Origin: Acutalibacteraceae bacterium
Lineage (GTDB): Bacteria; Bacillota; Clostridia; Oscillospirales; Acutalibacteraceae
DNA length: 64,000 bases
Reading direction: 5' to 3'
NCBI GenBank assembly: GCA_045652465.1
Contig: JAZRUI010000015.1
Coordinates: 104,445 to 168,444 of the forward strand
Within the stretch, counting starts at the first letter, position 1, and each line of letters begins with the position of its first letter. The position numbers and the translations under genes are program-made. The notes below the pieces were generated by a model. That model saw only the letters and a program-made list of their open reading frames with translations. It searched no databases and was not told the DNA's origin. Positions 23,651 to 33,468 of this stretch are shown piece after piece.

Positions 23651-25795
23651 TTACAGCTTCATGGTAAGCGAGATGCGCTTTCTTGCAACATCAACCGATA
23701 ATATCTTAACCTTAACGGTTTGGCCAACCTTAACGGCCTCAAGCGGATGCTTAATGAAACGGTCGCAAATTTGAGAGATATGAACGAGTCCGTCCTCGTG
23801 AACGCCGATATCAACGAAGCAGCCGAAATCGATAACATTTCGAACCGTGCCCGTGAATACCATGCCTTCTTTAAGGTCCTTGAGCTCCATAATGTTGCCA
23901 TCGCGCAAAAGGGGAGCCGGCAGCTCATCGCGCGGGTCGCGACCCGGTTTTTTAAGCTCGTTTATAATGTCGCAAAGGGTTGGAACACCAACCTCGATTT
24001 CAGCGGCAAGCGCCTCTAAAGCCTCGCCCTCGGGGAACTGGATTCCTGCGATTTTCTCGGGTGTGAGTTCCTTTGCGGAAACGCCGTATTTCTTAAGCAA
24101 AGCCTCGGCAGCCTTATAGCTTTCGGGATGAACCGCGGTGTTGTCAAGCGGGTTTTTGCCATCTAAAACGCGAAGGAAGCCCGCGCATTGTTCGAATGCC
24201 TTGGCGCCGAGCTTGGGAACCTTTAAAAGCTGGCGGCGGTCGGTAAACGCGCCGTTCTCCTCGCGGTAGGCAACGATGTTTTTCGCAATCGCGCTGTTAA
24301 CGCCCGCAACATGCTCGAGCAGCGATGCGGATGCGGTGTTAAGGTCGGCTCCGACCGAGTTAACGCAGTCTTCAACAACGCCCGAAAGCGCATCGCCAAG
24401 GCGCGCCTGCGGCATATCGTGCTGATATTGACCAACGCCGATAGCCTTGGGCTCAATTTTAACAAGCTCCGATAGCGGGTCTTGCAGTCTTCTTGCAATC
24501 GAAACCGCGCTTCGAAGAGAAACATCAAACATCGGGAATTCGGCGGCAGCGAGCTTGCTTGCCGAGTAAACGCTGGCGCCCGCTTCGCTGACAACCATAT
24601 AAGAAACCTTTTCGGGAATCTCCTTTATCAGCTCGGCAACAAAGGCTTCGGATTCGCGGCTTGCCGTTCCGTTGCCGATGGAGATGGTGTTAACGCCGTG
24701 CTTCTTTATGAGAAGAGAAAGCTTTTTCTTTGCCTCTTCGGTTTTGTTTTGCGGGGGAGTGGGATAAATAACGGTGGTGTCAAGAACCTTGCCTGTGGGG
24801 TCGCAAACCGCAATCTTGCAGCCTGTGCGGTATGCGGGGTCGAGTCCCAAAGTGGTGCTGTTTTTAATGGGCGGCTGCATCAAAAGCTGGCGGAGATTAT
24901 TGCCGAAAACCTTAATGGCGCTCTCGCTCGCATCCTCCGTCAGCGCGGTTCTAACCTCGCGTTCAAGGGAGGGGAAGATAAGGCGGCGGAAGCTGTCAAC
25001 TGCGGCATCATAAACAAGCGCCGAGCAGGCGTTATCCGCTTTAACATAGCGACCGATTGCGGCCTTCTCGCCAAACATTTCGGGCAGCTCCAAAGAAACC
25101 TTCAAAAACTCTTCCTTTTCGCCGCGGTTTAGCGCTAAAACGCGGTGACCCGCAATTTTAGAAACGGGTTCCTCATATTCATAATAGTTTTCGTAAACGC
25201 TGCGAGCCTCCTTATCGGCGGCGGCCGAAACAATCTTGCCCGAGCGCGAAATGATAAAGCGCAGCTGCTTGCGAAGAACGGCATCATCCGATATAATCTC
25301 GGCAATGATATCGCTTGCTCCCGCAAGTGCCTCTGCTACATCGGCAACGCCCTTTTCTTCATCAATATAGGCTGCTGCCTCGGCTTGCGGGTCGGTTTCG
25401 TCGGCCTGCTCTAAAATAAGGAGAGCCAACGGCTCGAGTCCCTTTTCCTTTGCAACGCTGGCGCGGGTGCGGCGCTTTTGCTTATAGGGGCGGTAAAGGT
25501 CCTCAACCTCAACGAGGGCGGTCGCGGCTAAAATTGCTGCCTCTAATTCTTCGGTCAGCTTGCCCTGCTCGGTTATCGAAGAAATAACCTCTTCCTTGCG
25601 CTTCTCAAGTCCGCGCAGGTAGCAAAGGCGGTCGTATATCTCTCTAAGGATTTGGTCATCAAGCGTTCCCGTTTGCTCCTTGCGGTAGCGGGCGATGAAG
25701 GGGATGGTCTTATCATCGTCAATCAGCGCAACGGTGTTGTCGATTTGCCAAAGCTCGAGCGAGAATTCTTTTGCTAATGTTTCGTTAATGTTCAT
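23651..25795 (-). CDS. tex: Tex-like transcription accessory protein (S1 RNA-binding domain protein)
   Basis: About 714 aa. Tex N-terminal region (TIPFIARYRKEQTG), YqgF-like and HhH regions, and a C-terminal S1 domain (GMVFTGTVRNVIDFGCFVDIGVHEDGLVHIS). Start at MNINETLAKE with a GGAGA RBS. Confidence 0.9.
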   Translation of the reverse strand: MNINETLAKEFSLELWQIDNTVALIDDDKTIPFIARYRKEQTGTLDDQILREIYDRLCYLRGLEKRKEEVISSITEQGKLTEELEAAILAATALVEVEDLYRPYKQKRRTRASVAKEKGLEPLALLILEQADETDPQAEAAAYIDEEKGVADVAEALAGASDIIAEIISDDAVLRKQLRFIISRSGKIVSAAADKEARSVYENYYEYEEPVSKIAGHRVLALNRGEKEEFLKVSLELPEMFGEKAAIGRYVKADNACSALVYDAAVDSFRRLIFPSLEREVRTALTEDASESAIKVFGNNLRQLLMQPPIKNSTTLGLDPAYRTGCKIAVCDPTGKVLDTTVIYPTPPQNKTEEAKKKLSLLIKKHGVNTISIGNGTASRESEAFVAELIKEIPEKVSYMVVSEAGASVYSASKLAAAEFPMFDVSLRSAVSIARRLQDPLSELVKIEPKAIGVGQYQHDMPQARLGDALSGVVEDCVNSVGADLNTASASLLEHVAGVNSAIAKNIVAYREENGAFTDRRQLLKVPKLGAKAFEQCAGFLRVLDGKNPLDNTAVHPESYKAAEALLKKYGVSAKELTPEKIAGIQFPEGEALEALAAEIEVGVPTLCDIINELKKPGRDPRDELPAPLLRDGNIMELKDLKEGMVFTGTVRNVIDFGCFVDIGVHEDGLVHISQICDRFIKHPLEAVKVGQTVKVKILSVDVARKRISLTMKL

Positions 25796-26070
25796 AGATG
25801 TTTCTCCGTAGAATGTGATATAAAAAATTATACCGCCACCGCATAATTTTTTCAAGTTATTATTGCGCTGATGAGGGCTGTATAGAAATTTTAATGCCTT
25901 TTTGGTTTAATTTGCACTAAATTTACCCTTGATTCGACAAAAAACACCCGTTTTAGCAGCATTTTATACAAAAGTTATTAAATTCGCGCTATAATTTTAG
26001 TTGAAATCTTCTTAAAACGGTGGTATAATTACCCCATAGTAAATTTGGCGTATTTTTCGCCGATGAAAGG

Positions 26071-28125
26071 GTGTTCACATTGAAACAGTACAAGTCAACC
26101 AACATTAAAAACATCGCCCTGTTAGGTCACGGTAACTCGGGCAAGACCACATTAGCAGACGCGATTTTATATTATGGCAAGGCAACCGATAGAATCGGCA
26201 AGAGTGCTGATTCTTCTCTAACACTCGATTTTGATGCCGAGGAAAAGAAGAGAAAGGTCTCGGTCAGCACGGCTATGTTCCCCGTTGAACTGGGCGAGAA
26301 CAAGCTTAATATAATCGATGCTCCCGGCCAGTTCGATTTCGCCGTCGGCGTTAGCGAGGCTCTAACCGCTGCCGATTCGGCTTTAATCGTTCTTTCGGGT
26401 AAATCGGGTCTGACCGTAGGCGCCCAAAAGGCATATGATGCCGCCCGCAAAAACGGCAAACCCGTTGCCTTCTTTATCAACAAGCTTGATTCGGTTCATG
26501 CTCATTTTTATCGCGTTGTTTCGATTATAACAGGTCACTATGGCGGCGTTATTTGCCCCGTTGTTGTTCCCTTTGTTGAAGGCGAGCATGTAACCTGCTA
26601 CATAAACCTTATAAACGGCAAGGCCTACACCTATGAAGGCCTTAACGCAAAGGAATATTCTCCCGTTCCCGATAATTCGGATATTTCCTCCATGCGCGAT
26701 ATTATGCTTGAGGCAGTTGCTTCAACCGATGAGGCGCTTATGGATAAATATTTCGGCGGCGAACCCTTCACCGAGGAAGAAATTTTAACCGCCCTTAAAA
26801 AGGCTATGAAGTCGGGCGATTTGTGCCCCGTATTTTGCGGCGTTGGTCAGGATGGCGCGGCAATCCCGCTGCTTGTTGATATCTTGGCGGAAATCGCTCC
26901 CGCTGCAAACGAGGGCGTTGTTAACTGCGTTGATGATAGCGCGGTTAAGGTTGATGAAAACGCTCCTGCGGCTCTCGTTGTTTTCAAAACAATTGCCGAC
27001 CCGTTCGTTGGAAAACTTTCCTATTTCAAGGTTGTTTCGGGCGTTGTTAAGGCGGATAGCCGCCTGATTTGCCAAAGAACCGGCAACGAGGAAAAGCTCT
27101 CCAAGGTTATGTGGGTTAAGGCAGGCAAGCAGGAGGATGCAGCCGCAATCGGCGCAGGCGATATCGGCGCAGTTGCCAAGCTTGGCAATGTTCTAACCGG
27201 CGATACTTTGTGCGATGCCGCATTCGGCAAGGCAATAAAGGTTCCGCAGTTCCCGTTGCCCCAGCTTACAATGGCGGTTTATCCCAAGGTTAAGGGCGAT
27301 GAAGATAAGATTGCCCAGGGTCTAACCCGCCTGATGGAAGAAGACCCAACCATCAGCTTCTCGGTTAACACCGAAACCAAGGAACAGCTCCTTTCGGGTC
27401 TCGGCGAACAGCATATTGATGTTATCATCTCCAAACTCGCAGCCAAGTTCGGCGTTAATGTTGAGCTTAAAACTCCCCGCGTTGCCTATCGCGAAACCAT
27501 CCGCAAGACCGTTAAGGTTCAGGGCAAGCATAAGAAACAGTCGGGCGGTCACGGTCAGTATGGCGATGTTTGGATTGAGTTCAGCCCCGCTGAAGGCGAT
27601 GAGATGATATTCGAGGAGAAGGTATTCGGCGGCAGCGTTCCCAAGAATTTCTTCCCCGCAGTTGAAAAGGGTCTTCGTGATTCGGTTTCGAAGGGCGTTT
27701 TGGCGGGTTATCCCGTTGTTGGCCTTAAGGCAACCCTTTTGGATGGTTCTTATCATCCCGTTGATTCCTCCGAAATGGCATTTAAAACCGCCGCAGGCAT
27801 CGCATATAAGGATGGTTTGCCGCAGGCAGGCCCCGTTCTTTTGGAACCCATTGGTATGCTTAATGTTACCATCCCCGAGGATAATATGGGCGATGTTATC
27901 GGCGATATCAATAAGCGCCGCGGCAGAGTTATAGGAATGAACCCGCTTGCAGGCAAGCTGCAGGAGGTTGTTGCCGAGGTTCCGATTGCTGAAATGTCCG
28001 ATTTCTCAACCTCGATGCGCTCCATAACCCAGGGAAGAGCCGAATTCACGCTTAACTTCGAGCGTTATGAAGAGGTTCCCTCCCATATCGCAGGCAAGAT
28101 TATCGAGGCCGCCAAGGCTGAATAA
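26071..28125 (+). CDS. Divergent elongation factor G paralogue (translational GTPase)
   Basis: 684 aa with G1 GHGNSGKT, G3 DAPGQ and G4 NKLD. EF-G domains II-V are recognisable (YGDVWIEF, AFKTAAGIAYK, EPIGMLNVTIPEDNMGDVIGDINKRRG). Confidence 0.8.
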   Translation: MFTLKQYKSTNIKNIALLGHGNSGKTTLADAILYYGKATDRIGKSADSSLTLDFDAEEKKRKVSVSTAMFPVELGENKLNIIDAPGQFDFAVGVSEALTAADSALIVLSGKSGLTVGAQKAYDAARKNGKPVAFFINKLDSVHAHFYRVVSIITGHYGGVICPVVVPFVEGEHVTCYINLINGKAYTYEGLNAKEYSPVPDNSDISSMRDIMLEAVASTDEALMDKYFGGEPFTEEEILTALKKAMKSGDLCPVFCGVGQDGAAIPLLVDILAEIAPAANEGVVNCVDDSAVKVDENAPAALVVFKTIADPFVGKLSYFKVVSGVVKADSRLICQRTGNEEKLSKVMWVKAGKQEDAAAIGAGDIGAVAKLGNVLTGDTLCDAAFGKAIKVPQFPLPQLTMAVYPKVKGDEDKIAQGLTRLMEEDPTISFSVNTETKEQLLSGLGEQHIDVIISKLAAKFGVNVELKTPRVAYRETIRKTVKVQGKHKKQSGGHGQYGDVWIEFSPAEGDEMIFEEKVFGGSVPKNFFPAVEKGLRDSVSKGVLAGYPVVGLKATLLDGSYHPVDSSEMAFKTAAGIAYKDGLPQAGPVLLEPIGMLNVTIPEDNMGDVIGDINKRRGRVIGMNPLAGKLQEVVAEVPIAEMSDFSTSMRSITQGRAEFTLNFERYEEVPSHIAGKIIEAAKAE

Positions 28126-28131
28126 TAAAAT

Positions 28132-28166
28132 AAAAGGGGCGCTTTAGGGCGCCCCTAACTTTTCGC
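28132..28166 (+). terminator. Intrinsic terminator after the EF-G paralogue gene
   Basis: AAAAGGGGCGC-TTTAG-GGCGCCCCT-AACTTTT. Confidence 0.75.
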
Positions 28167-28293
28167 CTATTTATAATATTTTTATTGACATAAGGGGCTT
28201 GTTTTGATATACTGTTAACTTGATAGGTTATGTTTTAGATTGGGGGACTACCCCCTTAAAACAATGCCGTAATAAAAAGGAGGTTTTAGTAAT

Positions 28294-28428
28294 ATGAAAA
28301 GAACATATCAGCCGAAGAAGCTTCATCGCAAGAAGGAACATGGTTTCCTCAAGAGAATGGCTACCGCTAACGGCCGCAAGGTACTTGCCCGTCGTAGAGC
28401 AAAGGGCAGAAAGCAGCTTACCTACTAA
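28294..28428 (+). CDS. rpmH: 50S ribosomal protein L34
   Basis: Not in the ORF track because it is 44 aa. Sequence is [54 protein letters not shown]; promoter TTGACA-N17-TATACT at 28186-28214. Confidence 0.95.
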   Translation: MKRTYQPKKLHRKKEHGFLKRMATANGRKVLARRRAKGRKQLTY

Positions 28429-28458
28429 TTTTAGTTAAAAGGACAGTCGGAAAAACCG

Positions 28459-28815
28459 ATGGAAAAGCTGAAAAAGTTAAAGCTTAATAAAGAATTTAAA
28501 AGGGCATACGGCAGGGGAAAGTGCTTTGTTCATTCGGGCGTTGTAACCTATATCGTTAAAAACCGCGAAGGCGGGATTCGTATAGGCGTAACAACCGGCA
28601 AGAAGATAGGCACCGCCGTTTTAAGAAACCGTGCGAGGCGAGTTATAATCGCCGCGTTTCGCGGTTGTTTGCCGTATCTTGATTGTCGCGGGTACGATAT
28701 AGTTTTCGTTGCCCGCGCGAGAACGCCCAAAATGAACAGCAATAAGCTGAAGGAAGTACTTATGCGTCAATTTTCGGACGCAGGAATTGTGAAGAATGAA
28801 ACGGATACTCATTAA
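28459..28815 (+). CDS. rnpA: Ribonuclease P protein component
   Basis: 118 aa basic protein ([14 protein letters not shown]...RNRARR) directly after rpmH. Confidence 0.9.
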   Translation: MEKLKKLKLNKEFKRAYGRGKCFVHSGVVTYIVKNREGGIRIGVTTGKKIGTAVLRNRARRVIIAAFRGCLPYLDCRGYDIVFVARARTPKMNSNKLKEVLMRQFSDAGIVKNETDTH

Positions 28816-29035
28816 ATTGGTGCGTTTTTATCAAAAATGCATTTCGCCCCGCAAGGGATATTCGAGCTGCCGATTTATACCTACCTGCTCTTCATATGCT
28901 ATTGAGGCAATAGAAACGCACGGTGCCTTTAAGGGTACCGCGCTCGCAATTTATAGGGTGCTTAGATGTAATCCGTTGTGCAAGGGCGGGTATGATCCCG
29001 TTCCCCCTCGCAAAACAAAAGGAGAAAAAAGATGA
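28796..29035 (+). CDS. yidD: Membrane protein insertion efficiency factor YidD
   Basis: Contains [19 protein letters not shown]...[14 protein letters not shown]. Confidence 0.9.
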   Translation: MKRILIKLVRFYQKCISPRKGYSSCRFIPTCSSYAIEAIETHGAFKGTALAIYRVLRCNPLCKGGYDPVPPRKTKGEKR

Positions 29036-29895
29036 GTTTTATAAGTGTGCCTATGGGATATGTCCTTCGTTGGTTCTCATCCCTCGTTGGTAATAACTTT
29101 GCAGCAGCAGTATGCCTTTTTACCATACTCGTAAATGTTTTAATGCTGCCGCTCACTATGAAATCACAAAAATCCACCGTACAGCAAACCCGCATTAAGC
29201 CCAAGCTTGATGCGCTCAAAGCAAAGTGCGGTAATGATAAGCAAAGATACACTCAGGAAATGCAGGCTCTTTATCAAAGAGAGGGCGTTTCCATGTCCGG
29301 CGGTTGTATGCCGCTTTTGCTCCGTATGGTGCTCATGATGGGCATTTACTGGGCAATAACCAACCCGCTTCGTTACATTTGCGGTATTGATAGCAGCGTT
29401 ATCAACAATGCTATGAAGGAGCTTGATGTTAAGAGCGCTATGAGCCTTATGGGTCCCGCGCAGGCAGGCAAGATTGCAACCATTCCTGCAGCAACTGCAA
29501 AAATGGTTGATTTCGACTTGTTCGGCATCAATTTGCTCGATAACCCCAGCTTCACCAAACCCGCAGCAATTTGGCTTATGCCCATTTTGTCCTTTGTTGC
29601 GCAGTTTGTTTCCAGCCTTGTAACAATTAAAATTCAAAAGAAGAACAACCCCGGCGCTCCCACTATGTCGGGTATGATGCTGACTATGCCTCTTATCTCG
29701 CTTTGGATCGGTTTCAGCTTTCCGGGTGCTCTCGGTTTCTACTGGGCAATTTCGGCAATTGTCGGCGGTGTGATTCAGGCTGTTGTTTCGCTTAAATACG
29801 GTCCTGATGTTATCATCGCAAAGGAACAGTCCAAAGAAACCTACACAAGATTCAGATACGAAAAGAACCGCAAAAAGTCGGCTTCGATAGATTAG
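29032..29895 (+). CDS. yidC: YidC/Oxa1 family membrane protein insertase
   Basis: 287 aa Firmicutes-type short YidC ([33 protein letters not shown]). Overlaps the yidD stop. Confidence 0.9.
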   Translation: MSFISVPMGYVLRWFSSLVGNNFAAAVCLFTILVNVLMLPLTMKSQKSTVQQTRIKPKLDALKAKCGNDKQRYTQEMQALYQREGVSMSGGCMPLLLRMVLMMGIYWAITNPLRYICGIDSSVINNAMKELDVKSAMSLMGPAQAGKIATIPAATAKMVDFDLFGINLLDNPSFTKPAAIWLMPILSFVAQFVSSLVTIKIQKKNNPGAPTMSGMMLTMPLISLWIGFSFPGALGFYWAISAIVGGVIQAVVSLKYGPDVIIAKEQSKETYTRFRYEKNRKKSASID

Positions 29896-29908
29896 GAGGA
29901 GCTACAAA

Positions 29909-30826
29909 TTGATTAAAGAAGCAATAGGCGTTGGCGCCACGCTTGAAGAGGCCACCGAAAAGGCCAAAGCGGAACTCAATGCTTCGTTTGACGAAGAGGT
30001 TCAATTCGAGGTTTTAACCTATCCTAAAAAGAAGTCCCTCGGATTGTTCGGCGGCTCTATGGCAAAGGTAAGGGTTTTTGTTGAAATGCCCGACCCCGCG
30101 CCCAAAAAGCAGCGTCAGCCTAAAAAAGAAAACAAGAAAAACGATGCCGAAAACAAAGAGCGTCGTGAAAAGAAGATAGAGAAGAAGGCTCCCGCCGAGG
30201 TTAAACCCGCGGCTCCCGCCGTTGCCGAGGAGCAAATCGAAAAAGATTCTCCCGCAGGTCGCGCAATCGCCTATCTTCGTTCGGTACTCGCTAATTTAGG
30301 CGTAACCGATTATACCGTTTCGGTTGCCGAAATCGAGAAGGGCGCCCGCATCATTTTAGAGGGCGAAAATCTCGGTGCTATCATCGGCCGCCGCGGAGAA
30401 ACCCTCGATGCTTTGCAGTATTTAGCATCGCTCGCCGCAAACTCCGGCGGAGATTTCTTCCGCATAACCCTTGATACAGGTAACTATCGCGAAAAGCGCG
30501 AGCAAACCTTAAAGGGTCTTGCCCGCCGCATTTCGAATCAGGTTCTTAGAACAGGTCGCAGCCGCGCCCTCGAGCCTATGAACCCGTATGAGCGCCGCAT
30601 TATCCACACCGAGGTTCAAACCATCGAAGGCGTTGAATCCAATTCTATCGGTGAGGGCAAAAATCGCCGCGTTGTTATCAGCCCCGTTGGCGGCAAAAGA
30701 GATAACTTCCGCCGCGATGACCGTCGCCGTGACCGCCGCGCTCCCGCAGCAAAGCCCGTAATCGATCCCGACCGCGCTCCTAAAAAGGACGCTGCCGACC
30801 TCCCGCTTTACGGCAAAATCGACTAA
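29909..30826 (+). CDS. jag: Jag/KhpB RNA-binding protein (Jag_N + KH + R3H)
   Basis: TTG start behind GGAGGAG. C-terminal R3H motif LEPMNPYERRIIHTEV. Conserved position after yidC. Confidence 0.88.
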   Translation: MIKEAIGVGATLEEATEKAKAELNASFDEEVQFEVLTYPKKKSLGLFGGSMAKVRVFVEMPDPAPKKQRQPKKENKKNDAENKERREKKIEKKAPAEVKPAAPAVAEEQIEKDSPAGRAIAYLRSVLANLGVTDYTVSVAEIEKGARIILEGENLGAIIGRRGETLDALQYLASLAANSGGDFFRITLDTGNYREKREQTLKGLARRISNQVLRTGRSRALEPMNPYERRIIHTEVQTIEGVESNSIGEGKNRRVVISPVGGKRDNFRRDDRRRDRRAPAAKPVIDPDRAPKKDAADLPLYGKID

Positions 30827-30830
30827 AAAT

Positions 30831-30861
30831 AAAAGCACCGAGAAAATCTCGGTGCTTTTTA
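30831..30861. terminator. Bidirectional terminator between jag and cysK
   Basis: AAAA-GCACCGAG-AAAAT-CTCGGTGC-TTTTTATTTT. Confidence 0.85.
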
Positions 30862-30867
30862 TTTTAT

Positions 30868-31794
30868 CTAATTAAACGCGGCAGTCGAGAGGTAGCGCTC
30901 TCCCGTATCGGGCAGCAAAACAACGATTCTCTTGCCCTTGTTTTCATCGCGCGCGGCAACCTCCGCAGCCGCAGTTAATGCAGCTCCCGAGGAGATTCCA
31001 ACCAAAAGTCCCTCAACGGTCGGCAAAAGTCTTGTAGCGGCTATTGCATCATCGGTTTTAACCGCAAGGATTTCATCAATAACGCTGCGTTCAAGCGCGT
31101 CAGGAATGAAATTTGCGCCGATTCCCTGTATTCCGTGGGGCGCGGCTGCGCCACCCGAAAGAACGGGGGATTCAGCGGGCTCAACCGCAACAATTTTGAT
31201 GTTTTGGTTTTGCTCTTTAAGGTATTTTCCGATACCCGTTATGGTGCCGCCCGTTCCAACGCCCGCAACGAAAATATCGAGGTTTCCGTCTAAAGTGCTG
31301 TAAATTTCGGGCGCGGTTGTGTCATAGTGGGCTTTGGGGTTGGCGGGATTATAAAATTGTCCCGCAATAATGCTGCCGCTAATTTGCTCTTTAAGCTCGT
31401 TTGCCTTCTTAACAGCGCCATCCATTCCTTCTTTGCCATCGGTCAGCACTATTTCGGCGCCATATGCCGAGAGCAGCTTGCGGCGCTCAAGGCTCATGGT
31501 TTCGGGCATGGTTAGAATAACGCGATATCCGCGAACGGCCGCAACCATGGCAAGACCGATTCCCGTGTTGCCGCTGGTCGGCTCGATTATGGTAGCGCCC
31601 TTGGTTATCAGTCCCTTTTGCTCAGCATCGAGGAGCATCGAGAGCGCGGCGCGGTCTTTAACGCTGCCTGCAGGATTAAAATATTCGAGCTTCGCGAAAA
31701 TCTCAGCCTTTGCGCCAATCTTTTCTTCAAACTTCTTAAGGCGCAAAAGGGGAGTGTTTCCAACAAGCTCCAATATGTTGTCATAAACCTTCAT
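30868..31794 (-). CDS. cysK: Cysteine synthase A (O-acetylserine sulfhydrylase)
   Basis: Contains LEYFNPAGSVKDRAA (PLP lysine), TSGNTGIGLA and GVGTGGTITG. Confidence 0.93.
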   Translation of the reverse strand: MKVYDNILELVGNTPLLRLKKFEEKIGAKAEIFAKLEYFNPAGSVKDRAALSMLLDAEQKGLITKGATIIEPTSGNTGIGLAMVAAVRGYRVILTMPETMSLERRKLLSAYGAEIVLTDGKEGMDGAVKKANELKEQISGSIIAGQFYNPANPKAHYDTTAPEIYSTLDGNLDIFVAGVGTGGTITGIGKYLKEQNQNIKIVAVEPAESPVLSGGAAAPHGIQGIGANFIPDALERSVIDEILAVKTDDAIAATRLLPTVEGLLVGISSGAALTAAAEVAARDENKGKRIVVLLPDTGERYLSTAAFN

Positions 31795-31853
31795 AAAACC
31801 TACTCCTTTAAAGTAGTATTTCCAAAAAAATCCCCTCGCGGGGATTTTTTATT

Positions 31854-32852
31854 TTAAAGTTCGTTTAGGAAATATGCCTGTGTGTAGGCATAGTTACCGT
31901 CAAAGTCGATAACCTCGGCGCGAACATAAATATCATCGCTGTGGAGCGTGAATTCGCCGCCGAAGAGCTCTTCGCCGGTTTTAACGCGGCCTGTGTGGCG
32001 GGTGCCTGTGTGGAATCGAACTTCGCGAATGGGGGTTGAGGTTTTAACGCCGAAAACGCCATCCTCAACATAAACATCCTCGAAAAGCGGACCGCAAGAG
32101 GCATAAAACTCGCCATTTTCAAAGGCGCTTATAATCTTATCATAGTCAAGACTGTCGGCGGCGAGCATAATAAATCCGCCAAACATATCATCGGGGTTAT
32201 GGTTATCATCCGCGGCAACGCAAAAAACTCGCTTACCTGCGCGGAGCATATCATCAAAAACAACGCCGTTGTTATCATCGAAGCCTGCGATATATGTTCC
32301 CGTGTTGAAAATTTCGAGGTTGTTCATTCCCTCATATTGCATATAAAGGGAATAGTCCTCCATCGACCAGCGCGGATGATTATAGGTAACGATGAATCCA
32401 TCATCTTTAAGGCGCTTTATGGCGAGGTTGATGGCTTCGGGCGTGTGGTCCTTAAGGAGAATCTCGCCCTTCGATTTTGCCATATCCCAACGCTCATCGT
32501 GCATCCATTTAAATTTGGGATGCTTCCAGTTGGGGTCGATTCCGAGCTGGTAGATGTCGCTCTTGTCCTTTTTATAGGCGCAAAGATGGCAAACAATCCA
32601 GTTGTTGAAGTTTTCGCCCCTAACCTCGTTGAACTCATATTCAAGCGCGGGAATGGTTATAAACTCCTTATCATCGAGTTCGCTGTGATAAAAAAGGCCC
32701 TCGTGGTCAGTAATCGCCAAAACCGAATAACCCTGCTCTTTATAGAACTTTTTCAGTTCTTCGGGGGTGTAGGTTCCGTCCGACCAGTTGCTGTGGCAAT
32801 GCAAATTAGCCTTATAAAAATTTTTTCCAACGGGGATGAGATGCTTTTTCAT
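31854..32852 (-). CDS. PHP-domain metal-dependent phosphoesterase
   Basis: Contains ANLHCHSNWSDGTYTPEEL...LAITDHEG, typical PHP motifs I/II. Terminator AAAAAATCCCCGCGAGGGGATTTTTTT lies downstream. Confidence 0.7.
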   Translation of the reverse strand: MKKHLIPVGKNFYKANLHCHSNWSDGTYTPEELKKFYKEQGYSVLAITDHEGLFYHSELDDKEFITIPALEYEFNEVRGENFNNWIVCHLCAYKKDKSDIYQLGIDPNWKHPKFKWMHDERWDMAKSKGEILLKDHTPEAINLAIKRLKDDGFIVTYNHPRWSMEDYSLYMQYEGMNNLEIFNTGTYIAGFDDNNGVVFDDMLRAGKRVFCVAADDNHNPDDMFGGFIMLAADSLDYDKIISAFENGEFYASCGPLFEDVYVEDGVFGVKTSTPIREVRFHTGTRHTGRVKTGEELFGGEFTLHSDDIYVRAEVIDFDGNYAYTQAYFLNEL

Positions 32853-32868
32853 GTTAAGACCTCAAAAT

Positions 32869-33468
32869 TTAAATATCGTTTCTACCTTCAAGTGCTTTTG
32901 TCAGGGTAACCGCATCGGCATATTCCAAATCGCCGCCAACGGGGATGCCGTAAGCCAGCCTGGTTATACGAATGCCCATCGGTTTTAAAAGCCTTGAGAT
33001 ATAGCTGGCGGTTGCCTCGCCCTCAACAGTGGGGTTGGTTGCCATTATAACCTCTTTAACCGTGCCGTCGGCCAAACGCGACATAAGCTCTTTGATTTTA
33101 AGCTGGTCGGGACCAACTCCGTCCAGCGGCGAAATTGTGCCGTGGAGAACATGATAGAGTCCCTTATATTCCTGCGTGCGCTCAAAAACCATAATCGCCT
33201 TGGGGTCCTCAACAACGCAAATTGTTGAGTTATCGCGCATCGGGTCGGCGCAAATGGGGCAGGTGTCGAATTCGGTAAGGCATTGGCATTTGCTGCAAAG
33301 ATGAACCCTTTCTTTCGCCTCAATCAAAGCGCTTGCGAATTTTTCAGCGCGTTCTTTAGGCTGCGAGAGGATGTAAAAGGCGAGCCTTTGAGCGGTTTTG
33401 CGACCAATAGATGGCAGCCTTTCAAATTGGGTTATCAGCTCATTGAGCGGTCCAACATTATATGCCAT
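32869..33468 (-). CDS. recR: Recombination protein RecR
   Basis: HhH N-terminus (LPSIGRKTAQRLAFY), C4 zinc finger CSKCQCLTEFDTCPIC and a Toprim domain. Confidence 0.95.
   Translation of the reverse strand: MAYNVGPLNELITQFERLPSIGRKTAQRLAFYILSQPKERAEKFASALIEAKERVHLCSKCQCLTEFDTCPICADPMRDNSTICVVEDPKAIMVFERTQEYKGLYHVLHGTISPLDGVGPDQLKIKELMSRLADGTVKEVIMATNPTVEGEATASYISRLLKPMGIRITRLAYGIPVGGDLEYADAVTLTKALEGRNDI

Noticed and set aside
25925-25945. Recurring strings TTCGACAAAAAA / TTTCACAAAAAAC near 2621, 3040, 25930 and 57015, which looked like a shared operator.
   Set aside because: Only the copy at 2617-2632 forms a palindrome. The others lack a second half-site, and their orientation and distance relative to promoters are inconsistent. 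They are probably A-tract UP-element-like sequence.
26071-28125. Calling the EF-G paralogue a Tet(M)/Tet(O)-type ribosomal protection (tetracycline resistance) gene.
   Set aside because: Its length (684 aa) and C-terminal domains fit EF-G better. The G-domain motifs differ from Tet(M), which keeps DTPGH. There is no mobile-element context. A resistance call cannot be supported without a search.
30600-30608. Perfect DnaA box TTATCCACA.
   Set aside because: It is a single occurrence inside the jag coding sequence, where it encodes the IIHT of the R3H motif. No neighbouring boxes or AT-rich unwinding element are present, so it is not an origin.
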